Positions 18,579 through 28,163 of a stretch of 64,000 bases of DNA are shown here, piece by piece. The notes beneath the pieces are model-generated. The model made no database searches and was not told the origin of the DNA. It worked only from the letters and a program-made list of their open reading frames with translations. The stretch's first letter is position 1; each line of letters opens with the position of its first letter. This DNA comes from Deltaproteobacteria bacterium (GTDB lineage: Bacteria; UBA10199; GCA-002796325; JACPFF01). Location: the NCBI GenBank assembly GCA_016210045.1, contig JACQUX010000021.1:36125-100124 (forward strand), given 5' to 3'. The position numbers were made by a program, and so were the translations under genes.

Positions 18579-19340
18579 TTACTCTTTGCGATAGTGTGTC
18601 TCGTATTCGTCCAACAGCTGCTGACGTTCCGGCGCAACGACCGCCCGGAGGTCGTCAATCGCCGCTAAGGGCGTGTGCGATTCCGCACCGATATACGACT
18701 CGATCAAGGCCGACCGGACATCCTCATTGAGGCCGACGAGATCCACTCGGGCCAAGAGCTCGGGCAGATATAACGGCTCGATACGGGCCATGGCGCGCAC
18801 TGCTTGCCGCTTAAGGGCCAAGACATTCAGATAGTCTTGCGGATGCTCGAAATAGTCAGACGTGACAATCGGCAGTTGTTCGATCGTCTCTTTCAACGTC
18901 ACGACCATCTCCTCGTCCGGCAATTGGACGAGCACACTCATCGCCATCGTGCGCGCACTCCGCCACTGTTCCGCCAAACTTTCATCGTCCTGCGTGGAGG
19001 GTTCTGTCGCCAAGATAGTACGAATCTGCGCGATCACGGCCTCGCAACAGTGGTCCGAGGCCCGCTGCATCAGGGCCGCTCGCCCGGCCCGATACGCAGT
19101 GCCGTCGGCATCGTCCGTGCGTACTGCCAACAGTGCAAAAATTTCTCGGCGCAGCGGAAAGCTCGCCGCCGCGGCCTCTTCCTCCTGTCTGAGATCGGGG
19201 GGTGGCCAGCCAGAGGCATAGCCGGTCATGCGGGCCAGCGAGTGTTGCACATGCTGGAAATCGACACCCGCGCCCCGCAGCAAGACCGCCACGCCACCGA
19301 GCAGGATCAAGGCCCAAAAAGCAAAGAGCGATTTCTTCAT
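18579..19340 (-). CDS. Membrane-anchored helical hypothetical protein
   Basis: N-terminal TM (MKKSLFAFWALILLGGVAVLL) and helical body; 13 bp upstream of the pilin gene. Confidence 0.7.
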   Translation of the reverse strand: MKKSLFAFWALILLGGVAVLLRGAGVDFQHVQHSLARMTGYASGWPPPDLRQEEEAAAASFPLRREIFALLAVRTDDADGTAYRAGRAALMQRASDHCCEAVIAQIRTILATEPSTQDDESLAEQWRSARTMAMSVLVQLPDEEMVVTLKETIEQLPIVTSDYFEHPQDYLNVLALKRQAVRAMARIEPLYLPELLARVDLVGLNEDVRSALIESYIGAESHTPLAAIDDLRAVVAPERQQLLDEYETHYRKE

Positions 19341-19402
19341 GGTACGAATAGGATACCCGATCCACGGTCCGCTGCAAAGTCTGCGCGGTGAACCGACCCC
19401 GT

Positions 19403-20263
19403 TTATGGCGAGGGGATCGTGGTGAAGAGCCGCCGCACCAACCACGGCGCCACTTGACTCTCTAAGCAGGCCGCCAGCAAGAGCGTACCAAGCGCCAGCA
19501 GGAGGATCACAGTGCATGCACGCAGCACTTGGTAGAACTTCGCGTCAGACCAGCGATATTTCAGCATCGCCTTCGACAGGAACATCCCCGCCATCGCGGA
19601 GAGGATATAGGCCACGGCCTCCGCCACCAGATGCGGCATCGTGCAACAGAGCAGCTTGCTGGCCGTCATGAGTGTGGTTTCACCCGCCACTGACGCCTGA
19701 GTCGTGGTCACCCCAAAGATGGCGCCCCAGACCGACGCATTCCAGACCACGGCAAACACCGCGCCCGCGCGATAGAGGAGGGCAAAGAAGAGGAAGGTCA
19801 GCAGCGCCACGAGATTGTGCGCCAGGATGGGGCCAAAATGCGCAAAGTGCATCTGCGCGAGCTGGACCACGGCGCCCTCCAGCTGCGTGGCAAACAGACG
19901 CGCGCCCAACACCGCCGGCATCAGGAGAGCGATGGTAAAATAAACACACAACGCCCCCGAGAAGAGGACCAACAACGACAGCGTCATGTCGAGGTTCGCG
20001 TGCGCCGGATGGATCCGACGCCGCCAGATATCGTCGCCATTTTTTTCCAAGATCCAATCGAAGGCCGCCAACAGCGAAAGCGAGTGGAGAAAGACGGCCA
20101 CGATGCCCATGGCGCCGGGAAACAGCAGAGACGCCGTGGCCACGGCGAGGAGGCCATAGAGGAATGCGACCAAAAAAAGTCCACACCGTTGGCGCACGGC
20201 CGATTGCGGCTCCCGATACCGAAGGATTCCCCACGCCGACGCGGTCACCGCTTGGAGATTCAT
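19403..20263 (-). CDS. SpoIIM-like (DUF95) integral membrane protein
   Basis: Multiple TM segments; HN..A..F..WNA..G and MPHLVAEAVAYILSAMAG pattern. Confidence 0.7.
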   Translation of the reverse strand: MNLQAVTASAWGILRYREPQSAVRQRCGLFLVAFLYGLLAVATASLLFPGAMGIVAVFLHSLSLLAAFDWILEKNGDDIWRRRIHPAHANLDMTLSLLVLFSGALCVYFTIALLMPAVLGARLFATQLEGAVVQLAQMHFAHFGPILAHNLVALLTFLFFALLYRAGAVFAVVWNASVWGAIFGVTTTQASVAGETTLMTASKLLCCTMPHLVAEAVAYILSAMAGMFLSKAMLKYRWSDAKFYQVLRACTVILLLALGTLLLAACLESQVAPWLVRRLFTTIPSP

Positions 20264-20374
20264 TCGCGTTCGCCCCACCAGAGGTCGCTGCATCCCATCG
20301 TGTCATTCTTACTGCAATGGCGCGACCTCATCCATGGCAAATGTCAGGCATCGCAAAAACAAGCTATGCACGGT

Positions 20375-21334
20375 TTATTCGCTCCGACTCGTCACGCTGC
20401 CTGCCGCGTCCGCTTCCCCAACGTCTTGAAAGTCCCGCAGCCAACGATGCGTAATGTGGCCGAAGGCATCGAGGCGATCGGCGAAGCCGGCACGCACGCC
20501 GTCCACGCCGATCGCGGCGCCCGCACCCCACGCGAGGACGTTGCGGGCCACGGTGGGGAGACCGGGATATCCATACAGCACACGGGCGGCTTGGGCGATC
20601 CGGACTTGCACGGGCAACGGGACGTCATGTGGATCGCCGAAATGCGGGATCGGCACGTCGTCTTGGGTGCGAATCCGCGCTAAACGAATCCCGACAACTA
20701 ATAGTTCGCAGAGCACCGACTCCGCAGGCTCCGGCACAGGCACGGCATGGTTCCCGTGCAGTCCGCGCCAGGCTTGTTGAAACTCGTCGCTTGCCACAAT
20801 GGCGCGGCGAGTCAGTGGTTCCACTTGTCCTAGTCCCAGCCGATTCTGCGGGGGATTCAACATCCACTTCGTTTCAATCGAAACAATCGCCGCGATAAAC
20901 GCCGGCGGCAGATCGACTTCCGGACGCTCTGCGACTTGTACCAGCCACGCAGCCGTCGCCGGTTTGTGCGCCAGGAAATGCTGGACCACGTTGCCGCGAT
21001 GCCGCGTGACATCGATCGCGGCGCCGAGTTCCGCAGCCGCACGCGCGTCGTGGGCTCGGCGTGCGGCCATGCGCGGAGAGAGGGCCGCGTAACACGCAGC
21101 GGTCGCCTGCCAGCGAATTCGTTGCATCGCTGGGTCGTAGTACAAACAGGCGGGGACGGTCGCGGCTCCCGTGTCGGTCATTACCATGGTTTGTCGCGGA
21201 TCGGCATTGACGAGCGCGACCGGGCCATCGGCTTCCAGAATACAGCGCCATTCTCGATCGTGCGTGCCGACGAACGGGACACAGCTCCCGGGGAAATCCA
21301 CTGTGGCTTGTGTCTTCAGTCGTCCGTCACCCAT
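20375..21334 (-). CDS. Hypothetical protein with a possible lytic transglycosylase (SLT-like) motif
   Basis: PPAFIAAIVSIET...RLGLGQV resembles SLT motifs I and II (AII..ES / GLMQ). Confidence 0.5.
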   Translation of the reverse strand: MGDGRLKTQATVDFPGSCVPFVGTHDREWRCILEADGPVALVNADPRQTMVMTDTGAATVPACLYYDPAMQRIRWQATAACYAALSPRMAARRAHDARAAAELGAAIDVTRHRGNVVQHFLAHKPATAAWLVQVAERPEVDLPPAFIAAIVSIETKWMLNPPQNRLGLGQVEPLTRRAIVASDEFQQAWRGLHGNHAVPVPEPAESVLCELLVVGIRLARIRTQDDVPIPHFGDPHDVPLPVQVRIAQAARVLYGYPGLPTVARNVLAWGAGAAIGVDGVRAGFADRLDAFGHITHRWLRDFQDVGEADAAGSVTSRSE

Positions 21335-21483
21335 CGCCGGCTCCGGGCATGGCCTTCATGCGCAGTCAAACTCGCTTCCACTACGGTCGTTATCGGCTCA
21401 GATGAAAAAAAGTTGCGCCGCAAAATAACACGCAACTTCTTCGACACCAGGCCGATATACAGAACCCAACGAGGAGGATGCTC

Positions 21484-24400
21484 ATGAGCGTGATTCGGAC
21501 GATGCAGCGACAGGCGGCACGGCAGTCTGCGCAACGGCGGCAATTGGGGCTCGCACCGCGAGGCAAGCAACGCAGTCGCACGCCGGGCACGACGGTCTAT
21601 TCCGGGGCATTGGGGTTTTCCAACGGCACGTATGGCCTCGGGAACGGCCGCGCCGCGTTGCAATTTCGCTCGACGGCACCGGTAACGGCGTCTCGAACTT
21701 CCGGCCTGCATGGTCGCGGGATTTACAACGTCGGCGCTGCGGCGTTTGCACTGTTTACAGCCTCCAGTGTCGTACTGTCGGCCGTTGCGCAGGCGGATGA
21801 ATACGAAGGCAGTCGCCCGGACTTCACTCCCGGCCAACATGTCTATTTCGTGCCCGACGGATATCAGGGCGCATTCACCAGTGAGCATGGCGGAATTTCA
21901 ATCCTCTCCGCCGACTTCTTTAGCGGACAAACGCACTTTCCGTTTTACGTCGTCATCTTTACATAGCGTCGGCGGACTGGTCCGCGACGCGGACACCACC
22001 AACGACGCGGGGTGGGAAGTCGCCAAGCAGTGGCAAACCGATCCGCGGTTCGACGCGCGCCGCGCCACCGTGATCGCGCTCTCGATGGTGGAACGATCGG
22101 TCGCGATTCAGCCGGCCGCGATGTGGCAAGAGGGGCTGGGGCTGAAAGGCGACGCGCTCACGGCGCTTGCGCAGCAGGTCTTCATTCCCTACGCAAAGAG
22201 TGGCCGCTTCGCCGACGGACTCAAGGCGTTAGTGGACGACTTGAATCAGCGCTACCGATTGGCCGTGTCGGCAGCGCAGGCCCAACTGCGAGACGCGTTA
22301 CACGCCGCCACGACGGTCATCCCCAATGTTCCGGCCGGCGCCGATACGACGGCACTGCTAAGCGCGATCGAGCGCGCCATGCCCGCCTTGAGCAGCAATG
22401 ATTTAGAGCAATTGCGGCAAGCCTATGCTGAACTGACACGTCCACTCACGGCACTCCGCGAACTCGTCGTTGAAATAGCCACGCTGCAGGGCCGGATCAA
22501 GGCCGCGATGGAACAGGGCGACCGTTTGTTGGTGGCACACCAGACTGATCTCGCCCCAGTGGCGCCAGCCTACCACACGGCTCGAGAACACGCATCGAAG
22601 CTCACCGCAAATAGTGACCACCGCAGGCTCCAAATCGGGGCCAAGGCCATTGAAGAGACCAAGCAGGCGATGGAATCCCACATGGCGCGTTGGAACGCGG
22701 CGCGGGACCGGCTGCAACGGGCGTTGCAAGATGCCAAGGCAAATGACACACCATACAAAAACGTTTTCTTCCCCAACGCCCTCGCCCCACTCAACGCCGC
22801 CCTCACAGCGGCGGACGCCCTCGATCCGAAGGATCTCGAAGCGCATGAGCGCGTGGCTCGTGAGATCGAGAGCGCGCAACGGCCATTACAAGCATACATG
22901 GCCGAGCTGGATCGATTGCGAGAGGCATTGCAGCAGCGAGCCGCAACCGCGGCCGAACTGCTCCAAGAACACCGAGACTTGCTGACCACGACCGACACCG
23001 CGACTGCCCAGGCCGCGATCGACAAGGCCCGGCATGTGGCGTTGGAAACCGGCGTGAATGAGATGGAGACGGCATTGGCAGAATTGGATCGAACGACGGC
23101 GGCGCTGCAAGACCGCATCAGCGAATTATGGCGGCAGCAGCATATTCGCCGGCTTGCCATCGCCGGCGGCGTTTTCGCCAGTCTGGCGCTGTTGCTCGGC
23201 AGTCTCATCTACGGCCTGCGGCGACAACGACGTTATCGGCGAGGCCTCGAATGGCTGATGCGAAATTTGCAAGCCTTGGCGGATAAGAACAGCGCCGCGT
23301 ATCAACAGATGCTCGCGCTGATTCAAAAACGGGATGCGGCCCAAGTCACCGCATTGCACGACTTGACTGGCGAACGGACGCGCGGCCTGTTGGCCGACGT
23401 CTCGCAGCAGATCGTCACGATCTTCGGCGGACTGGAAGCACTGGAGGCGCGCGTGGCGGAATGCCGCGGGATCGTCTCTGCGGCACCGTATACAAAACGA
23501 CTCCCGGCCGTCGAACGCGCGGCGGCCCGGCTGCTGGAACCGTTGTCGTTCCAGCGCGAAACCGTGCGCGCCACGCAAGGGCTCTTCGCCGTCGCTGCGG
23601 ACACCGTCACGGTCGAAGCAATCGAGATGGACGTCTTTCAGCGCGGGCTGGAAACCACCTACGAGAGCGCGCAGCAGGCGTGGGCCAAGATCGAACTGGC
23701 AATCGATGCCCTACAGCGCGATCCACGCGTGGACTTTCCGCCGACCGGGTTGCAACAGTTACGCGCGCAACTCGTCGCCGCGCAGATCCCACTGGCGTGG
23801 CTGGACCAACATCCGTTGACCCAACCGGAACGGACGTGGGCGGAATTGGACACGTTGAAGCAACGCGATCCGGTGGCCTACTTAGAGCAATTGCAGGCCT
23901 ACCAGGCCCAACACGCCGCGTTCGCCGCCCGCATCGCAGCGATCATCGAAGACGTGCAGGCCGCGCGCGCGGCGAAAGTGCAGTGCGACGCGATTGCAAT
24001 CGACTACGCGCAAACAGCCGTGAGCGGGACGCTGGATCCGCGCGAGGCCGAGCGAGCCGCGACCGAAACACTCCGAGCCGTGGATGACATGCTGAACGCC
24101 GCAACCGGCAATGAACAAGATGTGGATCGCGCCTGCGATGCGGTCGTCACTGCATACGCCGAAGCGCAAGGTCGCAAGGAACGGTTGCGCGCGGTGATGG
24201 CCAGCATCAGCGGAGAACTGGCGAACGTGCGAGGGACGCTGGCACACCTCGAAGGAGAAATCGGACGCACGGCAAGTGAGGCCGCAGCGCTCAGCACCGA
24301 ACACGCCGCGCGCGCGATGGAGGCTGTGAACACCCCACTCGCCGAGGCGCGCGAAGACTACGCCGAGGGGAATGAGGCCAGCACGATGGCCACGCGGTGT

Positions 24401-25357
24401 CTGGCAGAGCGCGATCACTTCGGCGCGGCCGCGATGGCCCGACGCATCGCGGATGAATGTACGGAGATCACGGAAGACTTGGCGCGCGCCCGCGCAGCGA
24501 TGCAGGCATTGCGGCAGGCCAAACAAGACGCCACGGCGACGATCGCGCGTGCCACGGCGCGGATCGAGGAAATCGCCACGGCACAAGCGCGAAGCAGCGA
24601 GACGGTCGCGGAGATGCGCGGGGAGTTCGGCGGCAGCGATATGACGGACGCCCAGCGCGAAGCAAAAGACGCAGACGTGGACTTGAATGAAGCGCGCACG
24701 GCGCTGGCCGGCGCGCGCGAGCAAGTTGAGCAGCGCGAATATGTCACCGCATTGCGGAACGCAAATTTGGCGCTGAAAGAATGCGCCGAGGCGGCCGAGG
24801 ACCAAGCCGACGCTGGCCGCTACGTCCAACAATTGCGCGATGCCGCCGCGGAATACGCACGGCGACGCGCAGCGTTGGAGGGCCTGCGCTGCGGCCATGC
24901 CGGCACCGTCGGCGGATACAGCCTGAGCGTCGGTTCATACCTCGACACTGGCGACGGGCTGTTTTCACGGCTCCAAACGCCGAGCGGCACGGTGGATTGG
25001 GTCGCGCAGTTGGCACTCGTCCACGCGGTAGAAAAGAGTTGGACACAAGGCATCGCCAGGGCCAAGGAGGATTACGACGCCGAACAGCGACGGATTGCCG
25101 AAGCACGGGCCGAGGAAGAACGGCGGCGCCGACGCGAGCGGGAACGTCGCGAGCTCGAGGCCGCCGAGGCCAGCGCGGCCGCGGCCCGAGCCGCAGCGGC
25201 CTTATTCCGCAGCAGCCAACGATCGAGATCATCATCGTCATCTTCGATCTTCGGAGGCGGCGGCGGCCATCGTGGGGGCGGAGGTGGCTTCCACTTCGGT
25301 GGGGGTGGTGGCGGTGGCGGCGGAAGTCGCGGCGGCGGCGGCGGCGCGAGCTGGTAG
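21484..25357 (+). pseudogene. TPM-domain, TM, long coiled-coil, Gly-rich-tail protein (~1290 aa) split by a +1 frameshift near 21960
   Basis: Frame 1 gives signal-like ..VLSAVAQA|DE and ..FYVVIFT* (TAG 21964-21966); frame 2 continues HSVGGL..AKQW..VIALSMVERSVAI..IPYAKSGRFADGL (TPM-like) to a GGGG-rich end. Confidence 0.7.
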
Positions 25358-25394
25358 ATAGAAGCATCACTGGTGGCTAGTGATTGGCAATAAC

Positions 25395-25465
25395 CATCGC
25401 AGGGGGACAGGTACCGTCAAATGCCTGCCAAATGGGCATCGCACGGTACCTGTCCCCCTGCGATG
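25395..25465. repeat. 23-bp perfect inverted repeat; terminator-like or REP-like
   Basis: CATCGCAGGGGGACAGGTACCGT (25395-25417) / ACGGTACCTGTCCCCCTGCGATG (25443-25465); inner ATGCC/GGCAT stem. Confidence 0.8.
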
Positions 25466-25562
25466 CATATGCGCATGAGTCGGCGGACTAGTACGGCGCA
25501 ACTTCCTCCGCGAACTGCCGATACATATGTAGGGGTATCGGGGTTGGGGGGAGTCGCGTACT

Positions 25563-27065
25563 ATGGCCAAATCCATTTCCAATAGACCAGGAGTCGGGGG
25601 ACAGCTGCCGTCCAGGGTCCGGCAACAGCCGATCATACGGCGCTCGGCGTACCCGGTCGTTCCCGCAGCACTCCACGCACGCGCCGTGGGACCTGGGCGG
25701 TCATTGGTCCCCGCAGCACACGGGGAACCGCGCCGCGGCTGGCGCTCCCTGTTCGGCCCTGTCGGGCGCTTGGTCGCGCGCCTCTGGGGCGGCGGCAAGC
25801 CGCCACCGATCGATCCGGTCCAGCTCCTCATGCGCAGCATTACAATGATGGATCAACGCGATCCCGACCGTCCATTCGTGCAACTCGCGTTGGCCGACGA
25901 CACGATGGCCGCACTCGCCAGCGCGCGCCCGGCCTTCAGCCTGACGTTTCAACGGGCGGAGGGCGTCCGCGTGCCGTTCCAAGTGACTACCAGCGGAACT
26001 GACGGATTTGTTGTCGCGCTCCATGGCCAGAATGCGCTCTTTTCCCGCACCGGCACCGTGGCGCTCGATTATCGAGACGGCGCATGGACGCTGGTGAACA
26101 GCGGCGACGGCGAACTGACGCTGGAAGGCAACGCGATGGAGAACGCATCGGTAACAACGCTCGCGTCCAAGGCGTCTCATCCCCTGTCACCGCTCGGTGG
26201 CACCGTGACCGTCCGGATGGGCGGTTATACATTGCTTCGCTTCACGTATCCGCGGGCGGAGGCCGATGACCAGTTCGAACCAAGAACTTTCTCGATCGGC
26301 ATCGATGGCGTCGAGTCCGCCCGCCAAGCCCGCCTCGCGGCGCGCGCCGCACCCCACGAACTATCGCCCGACCCGGCACACGGCATCGTCGCCGGCCTGT
26401 TGACTGCGGCCGGAGATGATCCGCCAGCCGCCCGAAGACACGAAATCTCGCTCGCAGAACCCGCAGAACTGGCAGACGACTTTGGCGTCGCCATTGCCGA
26501 CTTGCCCACGATTCCGGACCGGATCCTCGCGCTGCGCCGGGAGACATTTCGGCTTGAGGCCGAGGCGGCTCTCCATCGACTTCATTACAGTCGTTACGGC
26601 TTCAGTAGGCAAATGACCTCCATCCACCGTCTTCTCCCGCTACTCACGCACTGGGCGCGCCGCGACCAGGACTTCTCGCTATTGGAACTCGTCTTGACCC
26701 AACAGCGCGACCACGCCAGATACGGCACCGTCGATGAAGATTTCTTCCCTGATTGGCTGGCCCGCTTGTTACAAGCCAGTCGTGATCGGGCCACACAACG
26801 TTGGGATGAAGCGGGGATCAAGATCGCCGCGTCCGGCATGACGTATGCGGACTTCCGTTGGACGGACGCGATCCCGCCTCGATTGGCTCCGTACACTGCG
26901 GCAGAACAAGCACGGATCCTCGCACATGTGGCCCAGCGCGAATGGCGCGACCAGGAGAATACCCGAGCCGGCGCGCTCACTGCGATGCTCCTTTACGCCA
27001 GCGGCGAGCGTAGCCGCGCCTCGGCCATCGCGATCCGCACGCTGGCGCACGTGCGGCGGGAGTGA
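25563..27065 (+). CDS. Hypothetical protein with a degenerate FHA-like segment
   Basis: 500-aa ORF with GGGGAG RBS; FSRTGTVAL..DGAWTLVN..G.LTLEG....TVRMGGY.LLRF resembles the FHA beta-sandwich pattern. Confidence 0.6.
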   Translation: MAKSISNRPGVGGQLPSRVRQQPIIRRSAYPVVPAALHARAVGPGRSLVPAAHGEPRRGWRSLFGPVGRLVARLWGGGKPPPIDPVQLLMRSITMMDQRDPDRPFVQLALADDTMAALASARPAFSLTFQRAEGVRVPFQVTTSGTDGFVVALHGQNALFSRTGTVALDYRDGAWTLVNSGDGELTLEGNAMENASVTTLASKASHPLSPLGGTVTVRMGGYTLLRFTYPRAEADDQFEPRTFSIGIDGVESARQARLAARAAPHELSPDPAHGIVAGLLTAAGDDPPAARRHEISLAEPAELADDFGVAIADLPTIPDRILALRRETFRLEAEAALHRLHYSRYGFSRQMTSIHRLLPLLTHWARRDQDFSLLELVLTQQRDHARYGTVDEDFFPDWLARLLQASRDRATQRWDEAGIKIAASGMTYADFRWTDAIPPRLAPYTAAEQARILAHVAQREWRDQENTRAGALTAMLLYASGERSRASAIAIRTLAHVRRE

Positions 27066-27076
27066 CGGGGAAAAGC

Positions 27077-27171
27077 GGTGGCTGGTGACTGGGGGACAGC
27101 CCGCACGACACACTTTGTTCCCAATCCCCAGCCACCAGTCACGAGTCACCAGCCACCAGTCACCAGTCACG
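27077..27171. repeat. Heptamer AG(C/T)CAC(C/G) tandem repeats forming a terminator-like hairpin
   Basis: Six units at 27130-27171; two inverted units at 27077-27090. Confidence 0.8.
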
Positions 27172-27276
27172 GCTTTCCCCAACCACCTTTCTATTGACTT
27201 GCCGCGCCCTTTCAACGAAGCAAACGCCCTGGGAGGGGAGTGCTTAAGTGCTTAAGCGCTTGAGTACGGACATCAC

Positions 27277-27609
27277 ATGGATAGTGAATTGACCGACACA
27301 CCGACAAGTCACGGCAGTGCGCCGACACCGCCGACGGCGGCGGGCATCAGTGGGCGCGCGATGGCGGCGTTGGTGCTGGGACTCCTCGCGCTGATTCCGT
27401 GCTGCCTGTTCTTCACCGGCATTCCGGCGATTATCGTCGGACAACTCGAACTCGCGGCCATCGACAACGGCGCCGCGCCGACCGCCGGACGGGCCATTGC
27501 GAAGACCGGCCTCGTCTTCGGCGTCATCGGCTCGGCACTCGGCCTGCTGCTCGTGCTCGGCTGGTTCTTCGCCGTGGGCTTAGGCTTCATGGCAAAAATG
27601 GTGCACTGA
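27277..27609 (+). CDS. DUF4190-like small membrane protein
   Basis: AMAALVLGLLA..C..TGIPAIIVG...L..I......G...AKTGL..G.IG. Confidence 0.8.
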   Translation: MDSELTDTPTSHGSAPTPPTAAGISGRAMAALVLGLLALIPCCLFFTGIPAIIVGQLELAAIDNGAAPTAGRAIAKTGLVFGVIGSALGLLLVLGWFFAVGLGFMAKMVH

Positions 27610-27633
27610 ATGCCGCTGTCCTCTCCATTTGGG

Positions 27634-27718
27634 GAGGCTAAGGGCGCAGCGGCCTATGCCGCTGCATGGCCCGCAGCAGCGGTTATAGCAATGCGACGAG
27701 CAGGAGCATTGCTCACCA
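27634..27718 (+). repeat. Structured element family 2, copy C (85 bp)
   Basis: Colinear with the other two copies; perfect stems CAGCGGC/GCCGCTG and GCAATGC/GCATTGC. Confidence 0.8.
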
Positions 27719-27742
27719 TTGCAGTTGGGTGAGGGGGAGTGT

Positions 27743-28153
27743 TAGGGCGTGTTTGTAAAATTGATACGGCAATGCAGGATTTTCCATCACGCAGTGGCGC
27801 GCGTTCGATACGAGGGCCGGGCGGAGGGGGCAGACAGGCCACCGAACATCGAAATCGATTTTGCAAACACGCCCTACCGAACGTAGCCGATCTGATGACA
27901 AGAGAACAACTCACGAAAACATTCCACTGTTACAAGCAATCTGGCCCTCATACTACCGGCGACGGTGCGGGTGGGGTATCTCCCAGGGGCTCTCGGAGCC
28001 GATTTCTCCATGCGTCTGTGAATGACGAAATCGGCGAGGGTGAGCGGCGCTGCGCCTCGATGGCGCAGCGACCGCGTACCCTGGGAGATACCCCACCCGC
28101 ACCGTCGCCCCCGGACGCAATACACACCGAAATTATTTTGCAAACACACCCTA
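27743..28153. mobile_element. MITE-like region with three copies of a ~20-bp terminal-inverted-repeat-like sequence
   Basis: TAGGGCGTGTTTGTAAAATTGAT at 27743 (+); inverted copies ATCGATTTTGCAAACACGCCCTA (27854-27876) and ATTTTGCAAACACACCCTA (28135-28153); no transposase in the window. Confidence 0.5.
27958..28109 (+). repeat. Structured element family 1, copy 3 (31-bp perfect arms around a 90-nt core), upstream of rsmD
   Basis: 27958-27988 is the exact reverse complement of 28079-28109; core shares GGGCTCTCGGAGCCGATTTCTCC and AAATCGGCGAGGG.GAGCGGCG...CGACCGCGTACCCT with copy 2. Confidence 0.9.
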
Positions 28154-28163
28154 GGAGATTGCC

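Noticed and set aside
21710-21961. ATG 21710 as the true start of a 1215-aa protein
   Set aside because: The first ~84 codons lack a signal or TPM pattern; these features lie in the overlapping frame-1 ORF, which supports a frameshifted single gene.
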